From assembly GCF_006345805.1 (NCBI RefSeq), contig NC_043015.1, forward strand, positions 25,420,001 to 25,484,000: 64,000 nt of DNA, read 5' to 3'. Numbering within the stretch: the first letter of the stretch is position 1; each line of letters starts with the position of its first letter. Origin of the DNA: Octopus sinensis (Eukaryota). A program made the translations under genes and the position numbers. Below, in pieces: positions 25,815 to 37,600 of the stretch. The notes under the pieces were generated by a model that saw nothing but the letters and a program-made list of their open reading frames with translations, searched no databases and was not told where the DNA came from.

Positions 25815-26282
25815 TGTTGGGGCAAGTGAAATCGAAATCGAAATTGAACCAATCCTATGACTGGCACCTGGCAGATGCCAGGACCCCTGGACTAGAGAAA
25901 CGTAAAAAGCACTAACCGAATTGTGGGCGATGCCAGTGCCCCCTCGACTGGCTTCCGTGTCGGTGGCACGTAAAAAGCACCATCTGAATCATGGCCGAAG
26001 CCAGTGCTGCCTCGACTGGCTTCCATGCAGGTGGCACGTAAAATGCACCAATCCGACCGTGGCCGATGCCAGCCTCGCCTGGCTCCAGTGCAGGTGGCCC
26101 GTAAAAAGCACCCACTACACTCACGAAGTGGTTGGCGTTAGGAAGGGCATACAGCTGTAGAAACATTGCTAGAAAAGACCGGAGCCTGGTGCAGCCTTCT
26201 GGCTTCCCAGATCCCCGGTCGAACCGTCCAACCCATGCTAGCATGGAGAACAGACGTTAAACGATGATGATAATGATGATGA

Positions 26283-26283
<1 letters not shown>
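25815..26283 (+). mobile_element. RTE 3'-end fragment with three hairpin units
   Basis: gacctgttggggcaagtg..., three ggtggc.cgtaaaa units, terminal block and (GAT)n tail. Confidence 0.9.
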
Positions 26284-26326
<43 letters not shown>

Positions 26327-26352
26327 AACATATATATATATGTATATATATG

Positions 26353-26386
<34 letters not shown>

Positions 26387-26400
26387 CATATATATGTATA

Positions 26401-26797
26401 TACTAGCAGTATCGCCCGGCGTTGCTCGGGTTGTAAGGGAAATAACTATATAAGCAATTTTAGAGAGTTATAGCCAAAAAATAACAAAAAAATGCATTAA
26501 AAATTGAAAAAAAATTAAGGTAAATTTTTTTTTAAATCGTTGACACATCGTAGATATTTTTAGAGAGTTACTTCCCTTATATAAAAGCGAAAAAATTCAT
26601 TAAAATGGAAAAATATGATGGTAAATGTTTTTTAAATCGTAGACTCATCGTAGACGCGCGCTAATACCCAGAAGGGCTCGATATGAATCACGACTATAAG
26701 ATACCCGCTTTTGGTTAAACTGCACCGCAAAATGTGGGAGTAGTTAGGAATCTAAATCGTAGGAGACAGACACACAACTTCACTCTTATATAAAGAT
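26401..26797 (+). mobile_element. Helitron-like (Lep1-type) short element
   Basis: Same TACTAGCAGTATCGCCCGGCGTTGCTCGGG start; ends agacagacacacaacttcactcttatataaagat. Confidence 0.7.
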
Positions 26798-26799
26798 GC

Positions 26800-27126
26800 T
26801 TTTTTTTTTCAGTCATAGAGTTAGATTTATGAAGGTCTTCAGTAGAAAATCCTTCGAATTCTGACTCGCTGCTTGATATAATGAAATCCGTATCAATTTT
26901 TTGTCAGAATTACAAATTTTGAATACACAATAGGAACAAATTTCGGAAAACAATCTCCCATAATTCACGGAATTAAAATTACAATTCGATTTTTGTACAA
27001 AACTGTAGTTGAAGTGTTTACGAAGTATAATACGTGTTTTCATGAATGTACTAAAGAGATTTGCTCTGATATTCTCATTTAAATATGAATAGGTAAATTC
27101 GGGCGGTTTGGTAATGAAAGGGTTAA
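26800..27126. mobile_element. Right end of a piggyBac-like MITE
   Basis: Terminates in ggtaatgaaagggTTAA; the matching left terminus is not seen. Confidence 0.4.
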
Positions 27127-27522
27127 ACGGATGCATACATTTATTAATCTCTTAGTATAATAACTATATATAAGTGTCGTCTGTTTATACATAAACACTG
27201 TTTCATACTGCAATTATATATACATATATCTATATATAATATTATATAATAAAATATATACAGAGTAAAATAAAAACCAATTTACCTTTTCTGTATTGTT
27301 ATAGCAATTCCACCGTCCGTGTGTCTTTGCAAATGTGTTGGAATGATAAGTGAGTTGTGTTTTGGCGCCTTTTTTACTAATAACAAACACACACGTGTTT
27401 GTATGTAGTTGTTTGAAACGTTTGTGTTTGCCACTCTCATATATGTATGTGTATGCGTGTGTGTGAGGAATGACACACACACACTCACGCACGCACACAT
27501 GTACATCAATGCTTTCGGAGTG

Positions 27523-30074
27523 ATCATCATCATCGTTTAACGTCCGCTTTCCATGCTAGCATGGGTTGGACGGTTCAACTGGAGTCTGGCAAGCCCGAAG
27601 GCTGCACCGGGCCAGTCAGATCTGGCAGTGTTTCTACAGCTGGATGCCCTTCCTAACGCCAACCACTCCGAGAGTGTAGTGGGTGATTTTATGTGCCACC
27701 GACACAGATGCCAGACGAGGCTGGCAGACGGCCACGCTCGGATGGTGTTTTTTATGTGCCACCGACACAGGTGCCAGACGAGGCTGGCAGACGGCCACGC
27801 TCGGATGGTGTTTTTTATGTGCCACCGACACAGGTGCCAGACGAGGCTGGCAGACGGCCACGCTCGGATGGTGTTTTTTATGTGCCACCGACACAGGTGC
27901 CAGACGAGGCTGGCAGACGGCCACGCTCGGATGGTGTTTTTTATGTGCCACCGACACAGGTGCCAGACGAGGCTGGCAGACGGCCACGCTCGGATGGTGT
28001 TTTCTTATGTGTCACCGGCACAGGTGCCAGACGAGGCTGGCGAATGGCCACGCTCGGATGGTGTTTGTTACGTGCCCTCAGCACGGAGGCCAGTTGATGC
28101 GGTACTGGTTACGGTCACGTTCAGATGGTTTTCTTATGTGCCACCAGCACTGGTACCATAAAAGGATACAAATAGGATACAAATTCCATTGATGTACATC
28201 TATTTTGATTTGGTTTTGATTTTGATTTTCACTTGCCTCAACAGTTCTTCTCAAGTGTCACAATAAGGAAGGTATGCACAGGTGGACTGACTACATCCCA
28301 GGTAGAGGCCACGGGATATGGCTTCACTAGTCTTGCCGGGTCTTCTCAAGCACAGCATACTTCCATAGCTCTCGGTCTCTAGTCATTTCCATGGTGAGAC
28401 CTAACGTCCGAAGGTCGTGCTTCACCACCTCGTCCCAGGTTTTCCTGGGTCTACCTCTTCCACGGGTTCCCTCAACTGCTAGGGATTGGCACTTTCTCAC
28501 ACACCTATCTTCATCCATTCTCGCCACATGACCATACCAGCGCAATCGTCTCTCTTGCACACCACAACTGATGCTTCTTAGGTACAACATTTCTCTCAAG
28601 GTACTAACGCTCTGTCGAGTAAGTACACTGACATTACACATCCATCGGAGCATACTGGCTTCATTCCTCACGAGCTACGCATGTCGTCAGCAGTCACGGC
28701 CCATGTTTCACTGCCATGTAGCATAGCTGTTCGTACACATGCATCATACAGTCTGCCTTTTACTCTGAGCGAGAAGCCTTAGTCACCAGCAGGGGTAAGA
28801 GCTCCCTAAACTTTGCCCAGGCTATTCTTATTCTAGCAGTTACACTTTCAGCGCACCCACCCCCACTACTGACTTGGTCACCTAGATAGCGGAAGCTATC
28901 AACTACTCCTAGTTTTTTTCCCCCCGGAAAGTGACGGAATTGTTTTCTCTGCAGATTTTCGGAGGTCAATGCTCCCGAGCATCTGCCACATACAAAAACT
29001 ATCTTCCCAGTTAGCCTACCTTTGACATTGCTGCACCTCTTATGTGTCCATAGCTTACACTGGGTACATCTTATAGAGTTTCTACCTACACCTTTTCTAC
29101 GGATCGAGCAGGGCCATCTTCCTGAGGATATTTGTATTGTCTACTCTACCTTCTACTTATTAGTACTTTGGTTTTAGCTAGGTTGACTCTAAGGCCCCTC
29201 GATTCTAAACCCTCCTTCCACACCTGGAACTTCTGCTCCAGTTCTGATAGTGACTCAGCAATTAGAGCGAGGTCATCAGCATAGAGGAGCTCCCAAGGGC
29301 AGCCTGTCTTGAATTCCTCCACAATTGCCTGAAGGACTATGATAAATAGGAGGGGGCTGAGTACTGAACCCTGGTGGACCCCAAACTCTACTTTGAATTC
29401 TTCTGTGTACATGTTGCCAACCCTAACCTTACTTACGGCATCTCTGTACATGGCTTGCACAGCCCTCACCAGCCATTCATCTATCCATAGTTTCCTCATT
29501 GACCACCAGATGAGGGATCGGGGGACCCTATCAAAAGCTTTCTCCATGTCAACGAAAGCCAGGTACAGGGGCTTATCTTTGGCTAGGTATTTCTCCTGCA
29601 GCTGCCTTACCAGGAATATAGCATCAGTGGTGCTTTTCCCTGGCACGAACCCAAACTGCATCTCATCTAAACTAACTCTCTCTCTAATTAGTTGGGCTAT
29701 GACCCTCTCCGTAACCTTCATTACCTGATCCAACAGCTTGATACCTCTGTAATTATTTGTATCCAGGGCATCACCTTTACCTTTGTAGCAGTTGACTAGT
29801 ATGCTGCTACACCAGTCATTGGGTATGACTCCTTCGTGTATCACCTGGTTGACTATACAGGTGACTAGGTTATAGCCGACACTGCCAGATATTTTGAGCA
29901 TCTCTGCAGTAATTCCTGATGGGCCTGGGGCTTTCCCTGTCTTCATGCTTCTAATTGCCTTAGCTACCACGGAACTATCAACTCGGATAGCTGGTCCCTC
30001 TGTTGGGTCAACATTCGGAAGACTCTCTTTATCCCATTCATTTTCTTTATTCAGCAACCTTTCATAGTGGCATC
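27523..30074 (-). mobile_element. 5'-truncated RTE LINE (RT domain to (GAT)n tail), nested in a Helitron-like element
   Basis: ORF 29146-30057 has NYRGIKLL, FGFVPGKSTTDAIF, FVDMEKAFDRVP, GVHQGSVLSPLLF and YADD. Downstream fragments include YLGDQ and LRWYGHVARM...GRGRPRKTW, followed by the 3' UTR. Confidence 0.97.
27688..28160 (-). repeat. 63-bp tandem hairpin array in RTE 3' UTR (5 near-identical plus 2-3 diverged units)
   Basis: atgtgccaccgacacaggtgccagacgaggctggcagacggccacgctcggatggtgtttttt starts at 27691, 27754, 27817, and so on. Confidence 0.95.
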
Positions 30075-30580
30075 TGTTAAAATATTTTCTCGAATTTTGT
30101 TCTAATTGGTGGTAAAATTGAAAGAATTTTTTATGGCATCACCCACTGAAGTACTCTGAAAAATCATGGGTACACTCTAATTGAAGAAATTGTGTGAGGA
30201 GTAAATCGTTATGTATTTATTTGTTTCTGTTTGCTGTGTTTTTTTATTTTTTGAGTAGTGGTTTAAATACTTTCAGTTTAGTCTTCCTCAAATCACTCTG
30301 TCGCTATTTACTTTCATTTTATTCGTTGCACACTGTGTGTGTGCGTGTGCGTGTGGTGTAAACCACATTAAGAAAAGCATTTGACATACACACCAGAATG
30401 TGAGTTTTCTGTAAATTTTGCTTAATTGGAGTTTAAATTTTAAAAACTGGACCTGGCATGAACCGATGCATTCTACTCTTAAAAATGCTAGGTAAATTGT
30501 AATTGAAGAAATCCTATATTGTAGATTTCTATAAGTTACAAAGGGAGGCAGATAAAATCTGCCTTTTATAATAAGAGATA
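30075..30580 (+). mobile_element. 3' part of the Helitron-like element (its 5' flank resumes at ~27476-27522)
   Basis: Near-identical to 16933-17442, including the terminal ggcagataaaatctgcc hairpin. Confidence 0.85.
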
Positions 30581-30598
30581 TGTATAAATATATATATG

Positions 30599-30630
<32 letters not shown>

Positions 30631-30747
30631 TCATATACATATATATTCATATATATACATGTATATATATATGTATATATCTATATATATGTATATATGT
30701 ATGTATATATATGTATATATAAATATATATATACATATATATGTATA

Positions 30748-30779
<32 letters not shown>

Positions 30780-30780
<1 letters not shown>

Positions 30781-31255
30781 TAATAGTTATCGCCATACTA
30801 ATATGGCATCCTTAAAAATAAGACTAAAGCTGTCGCTGATTAGCTCCATGAAGCCATCGCCTCAAGCTAGCTACATGACACACAAACTGCGTCCGTTATT
30901 AAACCTTCGAACAGGTTAGGTCAGCCGCTTCAACCTGCTAGTCCGACAGCTACAGACATGTTTCAGGGTCGTTGCCCCTTCTCAATGCAATAGAATCTTT
31001 GAACGGAGACGGTCAGTAGCGACACCTGCAGGTCTGACTACGCTGCATTGAGAAGGGGCAACAACCCTGAAACATGTCTGTAGCTGTCGGACTAGCAGGT
31101 TGAAGCGGCTGACCTCCCCTGTTCGAAGGTTAAATAACGGACGCAGTTTGTGTGTCAAGTAGCTAGCTTGAGGCGATGGCTTCATGGAGCTAATCAGCGA
31201 CAGCTTTAGTCTTATATTTATAAGACTGCCATATTAGTATGGCGATAACTATTAA
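30780..31255. repeat. Inverted-repeat cassette (arms 30780-30989 and 31044-31255, 54-nt spacer), PLE pseudo-LTR-like
   Basis: taatagttatcgccatactaatatggca... is the reverse complement of ...tgccatattagtatggcgataactatta; the arms are nearly identical and lie between TA-rich microsatellites. Confidence 0.9.
31025..31099 (+). ncRNA. Hammerhead-like fold with atypical core strand (CUGCAUUGAGA)
   Basis: ctacg-CTGCATTGAGA-aggg(gcaacaa)ccct-GAAAC-at-GTC-tgtag, with palindromic stem III ACATGT; stem I extends (cctgc..ctgac / gtcgg..gcagg). The left core strand has 4 extra nt versus CUGANGA. Confidence 0.5.
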
Positions 31256-31344
31256 TTTCCAGAAACGCTGTCGTAATCCCTTTTAAAGAGACTTAGTAAT
31301 TTTAATATTTCTATTATATATATATATACATGTATATATATATA

Positions 31345-31382
<38 letters not shown>

Positions 31383-31404
31383 TATATATATACATATACA
31401 TATA

Positions 31405-33662
31405 TGCCCTGTACCTGGCTTTTGTTGACATGGAGAAAGCCTTCGACAGGAACCCCGATCCCTCATATGGTGGTCAATGAAGAAACTAGGAATAGAAGAA
31501 TGGTTAGTGAGAGCTGTGCAAGCCATGTACAGGGACGCTGCTAGTAAGGTGAGGGTTGGAAATGAGTACAGTGAAGAATTCCGGGTAGAGGTAGGGGTCC
31601 ACCAAGGCTCAGTCCTCAGCCCCCTCCTATTTATCATAGTCCTCCAGGCAATAACGGAGGAATTCAAGACAGGATGCCCCTGGGAGCTCCTCTATGCTGA
31701 TGACCTTGCTCTAATTGCTGAGTCATTATCAGAACTGGAGAAGAAGTTTCAGGTGTGGAAGCATGGTTTAGAATCGAAGGGCTTAGAGTCAACCTAGCTA
31801 AAACCAAAGTCGTAATAAGTAGGAAGGTAGACAAATCACAAACGCCTTCAAGTAGATGGCCCTGCTCGATCTGTAGAAAAGGTGTAGGTAGAAACTCTAT
31901 AAGATGCACCAAGTGTAAGCTATGGACACATAAGAGGTGCAGCAATGTCATAGGAAGGCTAACTAGGAAGATGGTTTTTGTATGTGGCAGATGCTCGGGA
32001 GCATTAACCTCTGAAAATCTGCAGAAAACAACTTCCGTCACTTTCCAGGGGGAAAAACTAGAAGTGGTTGATAGCTTCCGTTATCTTGGTGACCAAGTCA
32101 GTAGTGGGGTGGGTGTGCTGAAAGTGTAACGGCTAGAGTAAGAATAGCCTGGGCAAAGTTTAGGGAGCTCTTATCTCTGTTGGTGACTAAAGGCCTCTCA
32201 CTCAGAGTAAAAGGCAGACTGTATGATGCATGTGTACGAACAGCCATGCTACATGGCAGTGAAACATGGGCCGTGACTGCTGAGGACATGCGTAAGCTCG
32301 CGAGAAATGAAGCTAGTATGCTCCGTTGGATGTGTAATGTCAGTGTTCATAGTCGTCAGAGTGTAAGTACCTTGAGAGAAAAGTTGGACCTAAGAGGAAT
32401 CAGATGTTGTGTGCAAGAGAGACGATTGTGCTGGTATGGTCATGTGGTGAGAATGGATGAAGATAGGTGTGTGAAAAAGTGCCACACCCTGGCAGTTGAG
32501 GGGACCTGTGGAAGAGGTAGACCCAGGAAAACCTGGGTCGAGGTGGTGAAGCACGACCTTCGAACTCTAGGTCTCACCAAGGAAATGACCAGAGACCGAG
32601 ACCTATGGAAGTATGCTGTGCGTGAGAAGACCGGCAAGACCAGTGAGAACAATCAAAATCAAATCATATATCAGAAAGCAGGGGTTAAGTGACCCATCTG
32701 TTCGTGTCCGCTGTCAGCCTCGTCTGGAACCCGTGCCGGTGATACGTAAAAGCACCATTCGCTCATGGCCGTTTGCCAGCTCTGCCTGGCCCCGTGTCGG
32801 TGGCACGTAAAAGCACCATCCGTTCGTGTTCGTTGCCAGCCTTGCCTGGCCCCGTGCCGGTGACACATAAAAGCACCGTCCGTTCGTGGCCATTGGCCAG
32901 CTCTGTCTGGCCCCGTGTCGGTGGCACGTAAAAGCACCATCCGTTCGTGGCCGTTTGCCAGCTCCGTCTGGCCCCGTGTCGGTGGCACGTAAAAGCACCA
33001 TCCGTCCGTGTCCGTTGCCAGCCTCGGCTGGCCCCCGTGCCGGTGACACGTAAAAGCACCGTCCGCTCGTGGCCGTTTGCCAGCTCTGTCTGGCAACCGT
33101 GTCGGTGGCAAGTAAAAGCACCATCTGTTCGTGTCCGTTGCCAGCCTCGGCTGGCCCCCGTGCCGGTGACACGTAAAAGCACCATCCGTTCGTGGCCGTT
33201 TGCCAGCTCTGTCTGGCCCCGTGTCGGTGGCACGTAAAAGCACCATCCGTCCGTTTCCGTTGCCAGCCTCGGCTGGCCCCCTTGCCGGTGACACGTAAAA
33301 GCACCGTCCGCTCATGGCCGGTTGCCAGCTCTGTCTGGCAACCGTGTCGGTGGCACGTAAAACCACCATCCGTTCGTGTCCGTTGCCAGCATTGCCTGGC
33401 CCCGTGCCGGTGACACGTAAAAGCACCATCCGTTCGTGGCCGTTCGCCAGCTCTGTCTGGCACCTGTGCAGGTGGCACGTAAAAAACACCCACTACACTC
33501 GCGGAGTGGTTGGCGTTAGGAAGGGCATCCAGCCGTAGAAACACTGCCAGATCTGACTGGGCCTGACGAAGCCTTCCAGCTTCACAGACCCCAGTTGACC
33601 CGTCCAACCCATGCTAGCATGGAAAACGGACGCTAAACGATGATGATGATGATGATGATGAT
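31405..33662 (+). mobile_element. 5'-truncated RTE LINE (RT C-half, 3' UTR array, (GAT)n tail)
   Basis: FVDMEKAFDR, GVHQGSVLSPLLF, LLYADDL, WPCSIC..., YLGDQ, LCWYGHVVRM and GRGRPRKTW; frameshifts near 31450, 31790 and 32110. Confidence 0.97.
32692..33490 (+). repeat. 13-unit ~61-bp tandem hairpin array with A/B higher-order alternation in RTE 3' UTR
   Basis: Units are delimited by taaaagcacc; order is B-A-B-A-A-B-A-B-A-B-A-B-A (A: ..gtgtcggtggcac; B: ..gtgccggtgacac, first unit gtgccggtgatac). Confidence 0.92.
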
Positions 33663-33713
33663 ACATATATGTGTATATATATATACATATATATGTACAT
33701 ATATATATATGTG

Positions 33714-33762
<49 letters not shown>

Positions 33763-34099
33763 GTATATATACACATGTATGTACGTATATATATATATGT
33801 ATATAGTATATATATATATACATATATATAAATATACATATATTATATATATATATGTATATATATATATGTGTATATATATATTTATATATACATATTT
33901 ATATATACATATTTGTATATATATACTATATGTATATATATATATGTATATATATACTATATGTATATATATGTATATATATGTATATATATATACATAT
34001 GTATGTATACATATATGAATATATATATACATATATATGTATATATATACACACTTATATATGTATATATATATATACATATGTATATATATATGTATA

Positions 34100-34488
34100 T
34101 ACTAGCAGTATCGCCCGGCGTTGCTCAGGTTTGTAAGGGAAAAAACTATAAAGCATTTTTAGAGAGTTATAGCCAAAAAATAGCAAAAAAATGGGAAAAA
34201 ATGATGGTAAATTTTTTTTGAGATTTAAAAAAGGTGGAGTATCGTCCCCTAGACAGTTTATGGTTTGTGTTTCTGATTCTCGACCCCATGTCGAATTTAT
34301 CGATTTTTTTCAGAACTGGGGGAACTTTTCAAAATTTTCGCTGCGTTAGTTTTGAATTATGACATTGGGCTATGTGTGTGTCAAGTTTCATCAGAATCGG
34401 TTGAAAGCCGTGGTCAGGGTGAGGGTACAAGCAAACAGACACACAGAAACACGCACAGACAAACTGCCGTTTATATATAGAGAGATAT
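34100..34488 (+). mobile_element. Helitron-like (Lep1-type) short element
   Basis: TACTAGCAGTATCGCCCGGCGTTGCTCAGG start; aagtttcatcagaatcggttgaaagccg...acagacaaactgccgtttatatatagagagat end. Confidence 0.75.
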
Positions 34489-34501
34489 ATGTATATATAT
34501 A

Positions 34502-34581
<80 letters not shown>

Positions 34582-34627
34582 GTATATATATATATATATA
34601 TATATGTAATATATATGTATGTATGTG

Positions 34628-34658
<31 letters not shown>

Positions 34659-34679
34659 GTATATATATATATATATGTG

Positions 34680-37600
34680 TTATTGAAAGGGCAGCTGCTG
34701 AACCAGAATCTTTTTTGTGCATGTCACAAAAGATTGTACAGCAGCTAACCTGGCTCCATCAAACTCAAACTCAAAGATGGGACTATCCACAATACACAAA
34801 ATGCCACAGCAAATAGACCCAAGGTGGACACCACTGGCAACAATGCACACATCCACCTCGATGCTCCTATTGAACATCAGAGGACTGCTAACACTCAGTA
34901 ACAGAACAAAAATCCCTTACTTGAGAGACCTTGTTGCATGCAATCAAGGCTTATGCATAGCACTTACGGAAACACGCCTGAAACCGGACATAGCAGATGC
35001 GGAAATACACATACCACAGTATGTTGTACTACGGACCAACAGAAAAGAAAGGAGTCATGGAGGAATTGCTATGTACATCCGCGAGGAACTCACACCCCAG
35101 GTCCTTTTGTCATACTCAAATTCGGTGTGTGACACACTAATCGTACATATAAGGCAACTCGGTGTAGTTACATGTGTTACATATCGCCCTCCAGATACTC
35201 CAAGTCATGTAGGCAAGTTTGAAGACTGCCTTACAAAACTAGAAGTTCTAGTCACATTAGAACAACACATAAGTGTGCTTCTTATTGGAGACTTCAATCT
35301 GTCCAATGTCAGATGGTCCGAGAGCCTTTCTCTCCCAGGAATGACACGATGCAAACAAGGACAGGCGAGGTCTCTCCTGAACCTCATCAACACTCTGTAC
35401 ATGGAGCAAATAATACTCCAACCAACCAGGGCAGGTAACATACTGGATCTCTGCTTCACAAATAATATGGATCTCATCCATAATGTGAAAGTGACACCGC
35501 CACTACTCTCGGATCACAACATGGTAGAGTTGACCATGTATGGGCCAAAGGAAAGCATGGACATGCATTCTACAAGAAACTCTCAGAATCTTTCCAGCTT
35601 GAACTTCCATAAAGTAAACTGGAAACAAATTGAGAAAGAGATCCTCAAACAAAACTGGCCTGAATGTCTCTATTCACCAGACATCAACATGAAACTTCAA
35701 CAATTCATGTCTGTAATGCAAGCCATATGCTACAAATGTGTCCCAGTGAGAAAGGCCACTGTACACAAGAACAAAATCCCCAGAGAGAGGAAAATTCTTA
35801 TGAGACGGCGTACAAAAGTTTCAAATCGCCTAAACAAACAAATTGAAAGCAGTGAAAAGTCCTGCCTGAAAATAAAACTGTTGGAAATTGAAAAATGTCT
35901 GCAACTCTCCCATGAAAAAGAAAGAGCAGACAAAGAAGCCAGGGCTATAGACAACATAAAATCTAACCCCAGAGCTTTCTACAAGTTTGCCAAAGAAACA
36001 GCTACGGTGCACTGTAGGATAGGGCCACTCCTTGAAAAAGATGGTACACTCACAGGAAATCCAATGAGGATAAGTGAAATACTAAATGAGCAATTCAAAA
36101 GTATTTTCACTCCACCCCTAGGGCATTTTCAAGTCAGCAATCCAACTGACTTCTTTACAACTGCAGATATAAAATCAGAGGCAACGATGATTGATTACAT
36201 CAATATAAAGGAAGACGATGTAATAAAGGCTATAGATGAAATGAACCCAAACTCAGCTACTGGCCCCGATGGATTCCCAGCAATCCTTCTAAAAGTATGT
36301 AAGAGAGTCCTAGCAAGGCCACTGCAGTTCCTCTTTCAGAGCTTCCTTGTAACTGGCAAACTTCCAAGAAAACTGAAGGAAGGTAAAATATGCCCTATTC
36401 ATAAAGGAGGTAGTAGAGCAGAGGCTAAGAACTACAGACCTATTTCTCTGACCTCACACATCAGCAAGGTCATGGAACGAATAGTCAGAAGGAAACTAAT
36501 CGCCTTACTTGAAGAAAATAACTTGCTGCTTGACACCCAACATGGTTTCCGACCAGGAAGAAGCTACCTAACTCAGCTCCTCCAGCACTATGACTGGGTG
36601 CTGAAACGACTGCTCAACCACTCAAATGTGGAAGTCATATATCTCGACTTTGCAAAGGCCTTTGATAAAGTCAATCATGGAATGATATGTCCCAAACTGC
36701 GTGATTTTGGCATAGTTGGAAAATTGGGAGGATGGCTTTATGACTTTCTGAAGGATAGAAGTCAGGTGGTAGTAGCCAATGGGACCACCTCCATTAACAC
36801 ATAAATAGTGAGCGGTGTTCCGCAGGGCAATGTTTTGGGATCACTACTGTTCATAATGGCCCTCTCGGACATGCCCTCAGCCATGCAGAGAGCCACAATA
36901 ACAAGTTATGCATATGATACAAAAGTTTCACAGGTAATACAGAACCCTGAAGACACTATGCACCTGCAATGTGAGCCAGACAAAATATACAAGTGGGCTG
37001 AAAAGAATAGCATGCAGTTCAATGCTGAAAAGTTTCAAGCTTTATGCTATCAGCATGCAAAACTAAATGCAATACCCAATAAATACACTGGACCTGGAGG
37101 GATTGCAATCCCAGAGGCACAATCAGTGTGAGACCTGGGTATTTACATGAGTAATGATGCAACCTTTCATGTGCATGTTGCTAAATTGGCAATGAAATGT
37201 AGGTGGCTGACCGGATGGATTCTTGGAGCCTTTAGAACGAGAGACCAGGAAACCATGATGGTCCTCTGGAGGACACTTGTCCTAAGCCACTTTGACTATT
37301 GCTCTCAGCTATGGTCACCATCCAGTGTCAAATTAATCATAGAACTTGAGGCGATCCAACGAAGCTACAAGAAGAAGATAGCCTCTGTGCAGTATATAAG
37401 CTATTGGGAAAAACTCAAGAGATTAAGGCTCTATTCCTTAGAGCGTAGGCAAGAAAGATATGCCATAATATACATCTGGAAGATCCTGGAAGGACTTGTC
37501 TCAAACTTTGGCATCAGGAGCTACAAAAATACTAGAACTGGGCACCACTGCATAGTGCCAAGGACTCCAAATTTGCCATCAAGATGTAGGACAAGATACT

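Noticed and set aside
32692-33490. CRISPR-like appearance of regularly spaced repeats (also 27688-28160)
   Set aside because: Units are tandem with no unique spacers, lie in a LINE 3' UTR, and there are no cas genes; eukaryotic context.
32692-33490. HDV-like ribozyme resemblance (GCC..CCUCG..GGC) in the array units
   Set aside because: Only the P3/L3-like hairpin is similar; I could not build P1, P2 or the J4/2 strand.
32671-33607. Long repetitive ORFs (272 and 297 aa) on the minus strand, and similar ones at 27553-28192 and 18727-19161
   Set aside because: By-products of the GC-rich tandem array, antisense to the RTE, with no recognisable domain.
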